Origin: Macrostomum lignano
Lineage: Eukaryota
Assembly: GCA_002269645.1 (NCBI GenBank)
Contig: NIVC01001709.1
Location: forward strand, 124,001 to 188,000
Direction of reading: 5' to 3'
DNA: 64,000 bases
Part shown: one piece after another, positions 48,401-57,325 of the stretch
Numbering within the stretch: the first letter of the stretch is position 1
How the letters are laid out: each line of letters begins with the position of its first letter
Notes under the pieces: generated by a model
The model's input: only the letters and a program-made list of their open reading frames with translations
Told to the model about the DNA's origin: nothing
Database searches by the model: none
Translations under genes and position numbers: made by a program

Positions 48401-51400
48401 TGAAGTCGATGCCCAGGGTGTGCCAGGCATGCGGTGGCAGTGGTGTGGCTTGCAACGGCGCTGCTGGAACTTCGGCCTGATGACTCGCAGCTTGACACGG
48501 GAGGCAGACGTTGCACATCCGCTGCGCCTGTCCTGCCATACCGGGCCACCAGACCTTCGCCGATAACCTCGCCTGCGTCTTCTTTGCTCCCTGGTGTCCT
48601 TGATGAGCGAGCCGCAGCACCGTCAGCTGCAGCGCTTCGGGGACGACGATGCGCTGGCCTCTCAGTAGGATTCCGTCTGCTGCGGAGAGCTCCTGCTTGA
48701 CTGCGTGCAGCGACCGCAGGGTAGCATCTCGGAGATCCCACTTGCCGCCTCGGAGTGCCGAGATGGCTGCTTGGAGGGCTCCGTCTCTCGCTGTTGCATC
48801 CTTAAGCTGTTGCAGCGCCAGTCCCTTGGGGGTCGAGTCCTCGGCAATGCTGTTGATGTAGTGGTTGTCCCTGGTTGCTCCTGCGCTGGAGACCGCTGAT
48901 GCTGGGAAGATTTGCCGGCTTAGGACGTCACTTGGATTGGTCGAGCCTGGCCTGTACATTGTCTCGAACACCAGGTCCTGGATGCTCAGTGCCATCCTCT
49001 CGATTCTTGGTGGCGGATGCGATCCTGGCTTAAATAGATGCACCAGCGGCTTGTGGTCAGTGACGACCCGGAAACCGGACGAACCACTGAGGTAATGGTG
49101 GAAGCGCAGGCAACCGAATTTGACGGCGAGGGCTTCTCTTTCCGTCTGAGAATAGCGCGTCTCCACCGCTGACAGTGCGCGGCTTGCGTAAGCGATCGGT
49201 CGCAGGCTGCCGTCTGGCTGCTGTTGGCTGAGGATCGCTCCGAGTCCCGTCGGGCTGGCATCCACGATCACCTCTGTGGGTCTGCGCTTGTCAAAGAATG
49301 CCAGTGTGCTGCTCGCGGAGATCGAGTCCTTGATGGCGCTGAAAGCAGTCTCCTCAGCCGCTCCCCAGGACCACGGCGCATCCTTTCTGGTCAGATCTCG
49401 CAGGGGCTTGGCTATGTCTGACAGGGCTGGGATAAAGCGACTGACAAAAGCCACAAGGCCGAGAAAGGACCTCACTTCGGACGCGTTTTTCGGTGCTCTG
49501 AATGCTTTCACAGCGCTCACCTTCTCGTCTGTCGGTTGGATGCCCTTCTCGGACAGGCGCATAGCGAGAAACTTGGCCTCCTTGACGGCGAACTTGCACT
49601 TTGCCGGATTTAAGGTGATGTTGTGCTTTTCTAGCCTTTGCAAGGTTGCCGCTAGCCGCTGGTTGTGCTCAATGATGGAGCTTGCATAGATGATAATGTC
49701 GTCATGTACCCAGCGGACTCCTGGAAGTCCGCCGAGCACGCTGGTCATGACTCGTTGTAGAATCTCAGACGCTGACGTAAAGCCCATGCACAGGCGCGTC
49801 AGTCTCATGAGACCCTTCGGCGTCGAAAATGTCAGCAGATGGCGGGAGTCTTCTCGGACGCGGATCTGGTGAAACGCCTTGTTGATGTCCAACTCGGTGA
49901 AGTAGCGCGCACCAGCCATTTCATCAGTGACCTCTTCAAAAGTCGGTATAGGCTGTTTCTCGGGCACTACGAACTTGTTCACATCTCGCAGATCTTGGGT
50001 AATGCGCACTGGCCAGGCTGCGACTTCGGGACAACAACTATTCGTGCCACCCATTCGGATGGTCCGGTCACTTTCTCGATTATTCCAGCCTGCAGTTGAT
50101 CGTCGAGCTCGCGCTGCGCAGCCTCCCGCAGATGCACGGGGATGCGACTTGGCGGATGGCAGACAGGCACGGCTCCGTCTTGCAGGTGGATGCCGACTTC
50201 AACGTCCTTGACGCACCCAATTCCGACAAATCGCTGCCTGAAGGTCTTGATAATGTTGCTGAGACGCTCGTGCTGTGGCATTGCCTGATCGTCTGCCTCC
50301 GCCGCTGCGGCCGCCAATGCAGCGCTGAGTGGCTCATGGAGCTCACCAGAGTCTTTCAGATGACAGACGCTGGGATTGCTTGGTCCGATGCGTAGGATTC
50401 CCAGCTTCTCGCTGGTTTCGCGGCCCACGATCGTCGTGCCCGTCTCCTTGACGATGATGTAGCTAATGCTGGCGCTGACGTCATAAACGGCGGTCCGGAG
50501 GGTCGCTTTGCCAAGGGTGGTGAGGGGTTCACCGGAGCCGAACGGGAAGACCCGCTGCTTTGACTCGCGAAGGTCGTCTGCCGTGCCTCCGATGGCCTTG
50601 AATGTTTTTGAGTCCATTAGATTGCAGCTGGCGCCGCTGTCGATTAGCAGGTCTGTGGCGTGGCCGTTGATGTCCGCTTTAACGAGCGGCAGTCGCTTAC
50701 GCTGTGGCGTCAGGCAGAACACCTCGCAGCTGCTGTCGCTGTCTCGCTGCTGCTGATCACTCGGCTGCTCCTCGGCAATGGCGTGCACCTTTCTGGAGCT
50801 CGCGGGTTTGGACAAGCACGCTTTTGCCAGGTGGCCGACCTTGTTGCAGTTCCGACACGTCTTTCCTCTGGCCGCCTCGCACGTTCGGTGGCCTGACTCT
50901 CCACAGCGGATGCACTTTGTTCTGGTTCGCTCCGGTCGGTCTGGCTTCTCGATGCGCCGCATTGCGTTCACAGACTCGCTCTTCCGCGCTTCGATGACTG
51001 CAGATTGAAGGTCGGCCGCCTCGAATGCCCTGGCTTGCTGCAGCGCTTCTTTGAGCTGGATATTGGGTGTCTGCAGCAACCTGCGCCGGAGCTGGTCTGA
51101 CTGGCAGCCGGCGACAATTTGGTCTCGGATGATGAGATCCCGCTGAGTCTCGAATTCACATCCTTCTGCAGCCTTGAACAGCCGTTGCACCCAGGCGTTG
51201 ATGGCTTCGCCGGGCTGCTGCGTGCAGTGCCGGAATTCATATCGCACGAATACCGGGTTGTGCCTGCTCTTGAAGTGCTCTCTGAGGGCGTCCAGGAGCT
51301 CTTCGAGGGTCTTGCCTGGCCCTGTGAGTTCTGCGTACGCTTCAGCCACCCGTTTGCCGCCGACGTAAAGTAGAATCTCTCGTTGTTGACTTGCATCTGT

Positions 51401-53061
51401 TATGCCGCTTGCAGTCACAAAGCACTTGAATCGGTTGGCCCATTCTGCCCACCGTGCTGAGAGGTTGTGTGGCTCTTTCTGAGTATCGAAAGGCTCAGGC
51501 GGGGGCAGTTGTAGAGGCACAGACATTCCTGCTAGCGATGCCAATGTAGATTTGTTTTAGGGTAAGAAAAGGCTTGGCCACTGCGCGGCCTTGAGCGCCA
51601 ATATATATATTTAGAAATCGATATTTGCGTGGGGTGGAGTTGCGCCTGATAAAAAGGAAGCGTGCAAGCTAATTGGCTGCAGAGCGACCGGGGCAGGCAT
51701 TGTACACTTGAGGGTCAGAGAGTTAGGCGGGTGTACGGCCAACAATCTAATTCTGTAGATGCTTATCTAATTCTGTAGATGCTTATCTAATTCTGTAGAT
51801 GCTTATCTAATTCTGTAGATGCCCATCTAATTCTGTAGATGCTTATCTAATTCTGTAGATGCTTATCTAATTCTGTAGATGCTTATCTAACTCTGTAGAT
51901 GCTTATCTAATTCTGTAGATGCTTATCTAATTCTGTAGATGCTTATCTGTTTCTGTAGATGCTTACCTGGTAATTTCGATAGTTTAAATTGTTTACCTAG
52001 CATAGGTAGATATTTTCTAAAAATTCAATATTTTAGATTTTCTAGAGAAAAAACTGTTAAAAACTTTCACTGCAAACGTGAAGATTTTACGTTCTTGCGA
52101 GCTTCGAAGTTCGAATTCGAGCACCCAAATTTCTCTCTCTGGAAGCTGACAGCAAACCTCAGAAACTTATCAAGCTCTTTGATTCTTAAAATTTCGACCG
52201 CGAGCCGCAGTCTGACTCCCACGCAGTCTCGGCCTCATCATCCAGCCTCAAAATAGAGTTTGCTTGGAGGCGGCAAACAGCCGCCCGGCCGAGCAAATCA
52301 GGGCTGGCAATTGGGGTCGGGCATAAATTAATTACACCGAAGCGGGAGTTCGAGGGGGGGGCGGCGCTACTCAAGCTGAGACGAATTTCTGAGAGCCTAA
52401 GGGGCTCCAACTGCTCTCGCATTTTTTGAGAATTCCTTCGCCCCATCTCTGGACGCCTGACCCCGGGAGAAGACGAGAGGAGTTTAGATGAGTTCACTGC
52501 GGCAAAATCGTAATAGTAATAGTATTCTGCCGAGCGGCGGAGCCTTAAGTGCGGGCAGAGATCAATTCATGCTTGCTGACTGAATTCACTCTGGATCATC
52601 CCAGTCCCAGTCCCAGTTCTCAGTCCCAGTTCTCAGTCCCAGTCCCAGTCCCAGTCCCAGTCCCAGTTCTCAGTCCCAGTCCCAGTCCCAGTCCCAGTTC
52701 TCAGTCCCAGTCCCAGTCCCAGTCCCAGTCCCAGTCCCAGTCCCAGTCCCAGTCCCAGTCCCAGTCCCAGTCCCAGTCCCAGTCCCAGTCCCAGTCCCAG
52801 TCCCAGTCCCAGTCCCAGTCCCAGTCCCAGTCCCAGTCCCAGTCCCAGTCCCAGTCCCAGTCCCAGTCCCAGTCCCAGTCCCAGTCCCAGTCCCAGTCCC
52901 AGTCCCAGTCCCAGTCCCAGTCCCAGTCCCAGTCCCAGTTCTCAGTCCCAGTCCCAGTCCCAGTCCCAGTTTCAGTTCTCAGTCCCAGTCCCAGTCCTAG
53001 TCCCAGTCCCAGTCCCAGTCCCATCCCAGTCCCAGTCCCAGACCCAGTCCCAGTTCTCAGT

Positions 53062-53092
<31 letters not shown>

Positions 53093-53413
53093 TCAGTCCC
53101 AGTCCCAGTCCCAGTCCCAGTCCCAGTCCCAGTCCCAGTCCCAGTCCCATCCCCAGCCTCACCGGTGCAGCGCCGCCTGCCAGGCGCGCCAGACAGAGAA
53201 CAGTTGAATTTCTCTTCCCAGAATTCGCGGAACCAGGGATTCTCCGAGTTGCTTTCCGGGCGAAGGCCGAACCAAAACTCGTTGAAGTGCGGCACCGGCG
53301 GCGAGGTCAGCCGAATCGACAGCGAGCCGACCGCCGCTTCGCTAAAGGCCCGCTGGCCGCTGGCCTGGTCCACCGCGTCGCCAAGGACGTCCAGGCGGTC
53401 GGCCCAGCCATCG
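38602..53413 (-). CDS. GRM1/GRM5: Group I metabotropic glutamate receptor (GRM1/GRM5-like), 3' part. Exons: 53413-53163, 45236-44990, 44497-44296, 40811-40676, 40452-39543, 39310-38602; 5' exons not found in window
   Basis: VFT motifs [48 protein letters not shown]; Cys-rich [14 protein letters not shown]; 7TM with [11 protein letters not shown], group I-type loop [23 protein letters not shown] and [28 protein letters not shown]. All GT-AG phases are consistent. Ends ...VDTSDL. Confidence 0.93.
40460..40650. repeat. Minisatellite, 22 bp unit (GGGAGATGGGATAGAAATGACT), in mGluR intron
   Basis: Tandem copies visible. Confidence 0.9.
40850..41060. repeat. Minisatellite, 28 bp unit (GCCGATATGTATCGAAATATATTCTATT)
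   Basis: About 7 copies. Confidence 0.9.
41495..42450. repeat. (GATT)n microsatellite, ~950 bp
   Basis: Directly visible. Confidence 0.97.
43225..44285. repeat. Adjacent AGATCCC-containing repeats: ~26 bp unit (43225-43450) and 17-18 bp unit CCCAGTCAGATCCCGAAT (43545-44285)
   Basis: Tandem copies visible in an mGluR intron. Confidence 0.9.
44690..44945. repeat. Minisatellite, 16 bp unit (TTCGAGTTTGTGAAGG)
   Basis: Tandem copies visible in an mGluR intron. Confidence 0.9.
45286..46708. repeat. Minisatellite, 20 bp unit (TTCTGTAGATGCTTATCTAA), left of the gypsy insertion
   Basis: About 70 copies; the array resumes at 51745. Confidence 0.97.
46709..46908 (-). repeat. 3' LTR, 200 bp
   Basis: Identical to 51545-51744; adjacent to the PPT. 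Confidence 0.95.
47130..47390. repeat. 24-25 bp minisatellite (TTAGTTTCGAATATAAATACGAGCA) inside the gypsy 3' untranslated region
   Basis: About 10 copies between the pol stop and the 3' LTR. Confidence 0.92.
47547..50009 (-). CDS. pol: Gypsy pol: reverse transcriptase, RNase H, integrase (separated from gag-PR by a 1-nt frameshift)
   Basis: [55 protein letters not shown]; HHCC zinc finger (AHQGHQG...CLPC); DDE motifs GIDF, SDNGPPF, ERINR. Confidence 0.93.
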   Translation of the reverse strand: MRITQDLRDVNKFVVPEKQPIPTFEEVTDEMAGARYFTELDINKAFHQIRVREDSRHLLTFSTPKGLMRLTRLCMGFTSASEILQRVMTSVLGGLPGVRWVHDDIIIYASSIIEHNQRLAATLQRLEKHNITLNPAKCKFAVKEAKFLAMRLSEKGIQPTDEKVSAVKAFRAPKNASEVRSFLGLVAFVSRFIPALSDIAKPLRDLTRKDAPWSWGAAEETAFSAIKDSISASSTLAFFDKRRPTEVIVDASPTGLGAILSQQQPDGSLRPIAYASRALSAVETRYSQTEREALAVKFGCLRFHHYLSGSSGFRVVTDHKPLVHLFKPGSHPPPRIERMALSIQDLVFETMYRPGSTNPSDVLSRQIFPASAVSSAGATRDNHYINSIAEDSTPKGLALQQLKDATARDGALQAAISALRGGKWDLRDATLRSLHAVKQELSAADGILLRGQRIVVPEALQLTVLRLAHQGHQGAKKTQARLSAKVWWPGMAGQAQRMCNVCLPCQAASHQAEVPAAPLQATPLPPHAWHTLGIDFTGPVQNKHLLVIVDHFSRYPIVISMSSMTAEAVTKQLRKLFSTFGRPAQLVSDNGPPFSSQAFHDFLRSNGVQHRSITPYHPAANGVTERINRSINKIIRIASIEKSDWRAALEDWLEAYRNTPHSSTGATPAELMFQRQVQDCIPSMRQRSRVPSTLAAVRARDSAAKQRMARHADKRRRAASHNIMTGDSVLRRRRPASKMQTPFEPEPWVVEEVKGDSLILRRAHESCMRHITDLKRLPTADFPPPPPTPPPTEGRPKSPESIALRAHPRACKSRPMSLNH
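49979..51526 (-). CDS. gag: Gypsy gag (two CCHC knuckles), aspartic protease and start of RT
   Basis: [34 protein letters not shown], protease LIDSGAS. The reading frame runs into RT ([10 protein letters not shown]) before the frameshift. Confidence 0.92.
   Translation of the reverse strand: MSVPLQLPPPEPFDTQKEPHNLSARWAEWANRFKCFVTASGITDASQQREILLYVGGKRVAEAYAELTGPGKTLEELLDALREHFKSRHNPVFVRYEFRHCTQQPGEAINAWVQRLFKAAEGCEFETQRDLIIRDQIVAGCQSDQLRRRLLQTPNIQLKEALQQARAFEAADLQSAVIEARKSESVNAMRRIEKPDRPERTRTKCIRCGESGHRTCEAARGKTCRNCNKVGHLAKACLSKPASSRKVHAIAEEQPSDQQQRDSDSSCEVFCLTPQRKRLPLVKADINGHATDLLIDSGASCNLMDSKTFKAIGGTADDLRESKQRVFPFGSGEPLTTLGKATLRTAVYDVSASISYIIVKETGTTIVGRETSEKLGILRIGPSNPSVCHLKDSGELHEPLSAALAAAAAEADDQAMPQHERLSNIIKTFRQRFVGIGCVKDVEVGIHLQDGAVPVCHPPSRIPVHLREAAQRELDDQLQAGIIEKVTGPSEWVARIVVVPKSQPGQCALPKICEM
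51545..51744 (-). repeat. 5' LTR, 200 bp
   Basis: Adjacent to the PBS; identical to 46709-46908. Confidence 0.95.
51745..51965. repeat. Right remainder of the 20-bp TTCTGTAGATGCTTATCTAA array
   Basis: Same unit as 45286-46708. Confidence 0.95.
52600..53155. repeat. (CCCAGT)n / (ACTGGG)n hexamer microsatellite, ~90 copies
   Basis: Directly visible; begins about 8 nt after the mGluR donor at 53162. Confidence 0.97.
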
Positions 53414-53446
53414 CTGTAACGGAGTGAGGGGCTTGTGGTTTGGCTG

Positions 53447-53486
<40 letters not shown>

Positions 53487-54669
53487 CACAGACAGACAGA
53501 CAAACAGACAGACATGTGAGCATATCTGACAGACAGGTGGGCATCATCAGGCAACGCCTTTCCCCAGTAAGCCGTGCTGACCCCCAGCAACCGGGGCTGT
53601 CAGAAGCTCCGCAGGCCAGGCAGAATCGATGTGCCGCCCTTTCCGTATCGCCCGTGGGGGAGGCGATCTCGGGGCAAAGAAAGCGAGACAAGCGGCAGCA
53701 GCGGCAGTCCTTCAGTATCCTCTGGCAGACCAGCAGGCACTGACAAGATTACAGGGCTCGCCCGTATTAAGCATCGGGTTCTCGCTGCGCCATGCAATTT
53801 CTATCTTGTCAAACCGGACCCCCTCCCCGTCTCCTTTCCCTCCCGAAGCTCCGCCTACTCCTCGTCCTGCTTCCAGTAGCAGAAGACCAAGAGCCCTCAG
53901 CGCTCGATTTGCTTTCGCTCAGAGCAGGCGGCGGCGGCGAGTCTGAGTGGCGCTTCTCTCGCTCAAAAGTTTGTCCCCTCATCATAACTTTCTGCTCGAC
54001 TCTTCTCAAACGCTAGGAGGGAGGGGTTGCTGCACTTTCCCCACTCCCAAAGCCGGCCGATTCTCATGGGAACCCCCTCCCTCTTGTTGTTTCTTCCAGC
54101 TGCGCAGACAGAAGTCCACACCCAATCCCATTTATACGCTTTGCGCTTGTCTTTGGGGCTTTTGATTCCAACCCTTGCCCTACGAGTTATCTCTCTCACT
54201 CTCTCTCTCTCATTTACACACCAGGGTACGGCGGTAAGTCCTTTTTATTCTTGCCAGCAGGTTTCAATACGATAGTCTCTCAGGAGTTCGCGTTGCCCGC
54301 TCCCACAGGGTGCTATCAATCACCCAATGAGCCGCCATTCCATAGCTACCTTGACCGCTGTGTCCCCCATTAAACCCGGTATTTGATGGGTAATATTGCT
54401 TCAGGCTCCGGTGCCAGTCTGCCCGGGCGGTCTCTCCATTCCATTGATAAGAAGGATAATTTGTAGCCCCCCCGGCTGCTTTTGGGAAACTTTTCCTACG
54501 GTACCTGTTAACGCGAACTGGTTGCCGGCATGTCTTGTATTCTTCTGCAGCCCGGGCCTGCACCGGGTTCGCCAGCTTCACCGCTTTCTTCATCTACTCT
54601 GGCTTGTTGTCTCCACTCTTGCTCGCTTCTCCTCTCCCATTCTCCCCTCTTCTTACTCTCTCCCTCTCG

Positions 54670-55550
54670 CTCACTCTCCCCATCTATCTACCTCTCACTC
54701 TCCCATCTATCTACCTCTCACTCTCCCAGCTATCTACCTCTCACTCTCCCATCTATCTATCTCTCACTCTCATATCTATCTACCTCTCACTCTCCCAGCT
54801 AGCTACCTCTCACTCTCCCAGCTAGCTACCTCTCACTCTCCCATCTATCTATCTCTCACTCTCCTATCTATCTACCTCTCACTCTCCCAGCTAGCTACCT
54901 CTCACTCTCCTAGCTAGCTACCTCTCACTCTCCCAGCTAGCTACCTCTCACTCTCCCATCTATCTATCTCTCACTCTCCTATCTATCTACCTCTCACTCT
55001 CCCAGCTAGCTACCTCTCACTCTCCTAGCTAGCTACCTCTCACTCTCCCAGATAGCTACCTCTCACTCTCCCATCTATCTATTTCCCACTCTCCTATCTA
55101 TCTACCTCTCACTCTCCCAGCTAGCTACCTCTCACTCTCCCAGATAGCTACCTCTTTCACTCTCCCATCTATCTATCTCTCACTCTTCCAGCAAGCTACC
55201 TCTTTTGCACTCCCCTCTATTTTCCTCTCTCACTCTCCCATCTCCCCGATCTATCTTTCTCTCACTCTCCCTACCTATCTACTTCCCACTCTCCCATCTA
55301 TCTACCTCTCATTCTCCTAGCTAGCTACCTCTTTCACTCTCCCAGCTATCTACCTCTCACTCTCCCAGCTATCTACCTCTCACTCTCCCATCTATCTACT
55401 TCTCTCTTTCCTAGCTAGCTACCCCTCTCACTACCCTTCTATCTTCCCTTCTCACTCTCTCATCTATCTACCTCTTACTCCCCCGGCTATCTACGATCTA
55501 CCTTTCTGGCTCTCCCCCTTTATCTCCATCTCTCACTCTCCTATCTTTCT
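54670..55550. repeat. Pyrimidine-rich minisatellite, ~23 bp unit (CTACCTCTCACTCTCCCAGCTAG)
   Basis: Degenerate tandem copies. Confidence 0.9.
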
Positions 55551-56039
55551 CATCTATCTCCCTCTCACTCTCCCAATGCATCTACCTCTCTCATCCCACA
55601 CAGCAGCCTCTCGTGCTGAATCTGTATTTATAAAATCAGTGAATGTAAAAGCAGACCGGCGCGCACCCTGCAGAGCCCACGCAGCTCGGAGAGGCCATCG
55701 CTGACAGCAGGAACTCCGCCTCTCACTATTTTTGGACCGCCATCGGTTTGAAAAAATCGCAACCATCGGTTTCCTCTTTCGCTGTAATAAATCTTTGAAC
55801 AGATATTTTTTGGGGATTTCTAAACCTGGCAAGTGCCGACAGATGGGAGGGAGGGAGGCAGCTGATGGGGGTAATAATCCCTCAGAGGAAGCCTGGCAGG
55901 CGGCAGCAACGAGGGAACCAGATGCCCGGCCGCCAATCAGCCTGGATAATCGCTGCCGGAGCGACAGGCTATTTTTGCAAAGAAAAATTTTGATGAATTC
56001 CGATGCGCGCACCTGTTTAACTGCGCCTTGCATTGGCGC

Positions 56040-56680
56040 GCACTGGCGTGAGCGCGCACTGTCCGATAAACGTGCACTATCCTAAGCGCGTACTGTCCTA
56101 AGCGCGCACTGCCCTAAGCGCGTACTGTCCTAAGCGCGTACTGTCCTAAGCGCGCACTGCCCTAAGCGCGTACTGTCCTAAGCGCGCACTATCCTAAGCG
56201 CGCACTATCCTAAGCGCGCACTATCCCATGAGCGCGCACTATCTTAAGCGCGCCCTATCCTATGAGTGCGCACTATCCCATGAGCGCGCACTATCCCATG
56301 AGCGCGCACTATCCCATGAGCGCGCCCTATCCCATGAGCGCGCACTATCCCATGAGCGCGCACTATCCTAAGTGCGCACTATCCCATGAGCGCGCCCTAT
56401 CCTATGAGCGTGCACTATCCTAAGCGCGCACTATCCCATGAGCGCGCACTATCCCATGAGCGCGCACTATCTTAAGCGCGCCCTATCCTATGAGTGCGCA
56501 CTATCCCATGAGCGCGCACTATCCCATGAGCGCGCACTATCCCATAAGCGCGCCCTATCCCATGAGCGCGCACTATCCCATGAGCGCGCCCTATCCTATG
56601 AGTGCGCACTATCCCATGAGCGCGCACTATCCTATGAGCGCGCACTATCCCATGAGCGTGCACTATCCTAAGCGCGTAGT
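56040..56680. repeat. Minisatellite, 16-18 bp unit (ATGAGCGCGCACTATCCC)
   Basis: Tandem copies visible. Confidence 0.93.
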
Positions 56681-57325
56681 ATTATTTTTTTTAATGTGGC
56701 ACAAGAGAGTCTCGAGATGTTGCACAGTTTTAATTGAGTTGAGGTTAAGGGACAAGTGCGCCATTGCGCCAAAGCGCCAACGCCAATGCTCGCACGGGCG
56801 TATTCAGCATGCCAGTGAAGTATGAGACAGACCAGGCCTATGGGCTAAGGTCTGCGATGCTTCACGTCTGCCCCTATTTTCAGCAGGTAAAGGCCGGGGG
56901 GAGGTCTGCACCCTCTATTTGCCGCTGGCAGCCGCAGACCCCCCCCCCACGCTGTTTCGCAAGCCGACCCAGGGGTACCCGTCCCCGCGAGTGTTCAAGG
57001 CAGACCCTAGGGCTGCCGGACAGACTGGGCTCCGGCGCTGGTGACCCATCCAGTGGCTTTTGCCGAACTTGGGTATGCGGGCTTCGCTTGCCAGTCCGCA
57101 GGCCGTGGTACTGCTCAACGTACCCTCTAATGCCTAAGGTGTTCGACCGTGCCGATGGGCTGGAAGGCCGGGGAGTAGTCCGGTTGCAAGCGGTCCCCCT
57201 CCTGGTGTCGGGCCAGCCTTGAGGGTTCTTTTGGCCTACTGCCCTGTCAGTTGGAGCGGCCCGGGTGGGTACCGCACCCCTTCGAGGGTAGCCCACCAAC
57301 CTTTATCGTGGCTTTCGAGCCCACT

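Larger units (their letters stand above)
46709..51744 (-). mobile_element. Full-length Ty3/gypsy LTR retrotransposon (Mag-like), 5036 bp
   Basis: Two 200-bp TG...CA LTRs, identical by eye; 5-bp TSD ATCTA (46704-46708, 51745-51749); PBS TGGCATCGCTAGCAGG at 51543-51528; PPT GGGGAAGGA at 46917-46909; gag-PR-RT-RH-IN domain order. Confidence 0.97.

Noticed and set aside
49990-50030. Programmed gag-pol ribosomal frameshift
   Set aside because: The break is inside RT, there is no slippery site, and one added G restores the conserved motif.
54264-54593. 109-aa minus-strand ORF as a possible upstream mGluR exon or nuclease (NGGH resembling DRGH)
   Set aside because: No mGluR motifs (the expected VVCFCEG region is absent), no compatible splice phase found, and the nuclease motif match is too weak.
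56820-57100. HDV-like ribozyme at the LINE 5' end (TTCACGT matches a CPEB3-type L3 loop)
   Set aside because: Flanking bases do not form P3, and P1/P1.1/J4-2 could not be assembled.
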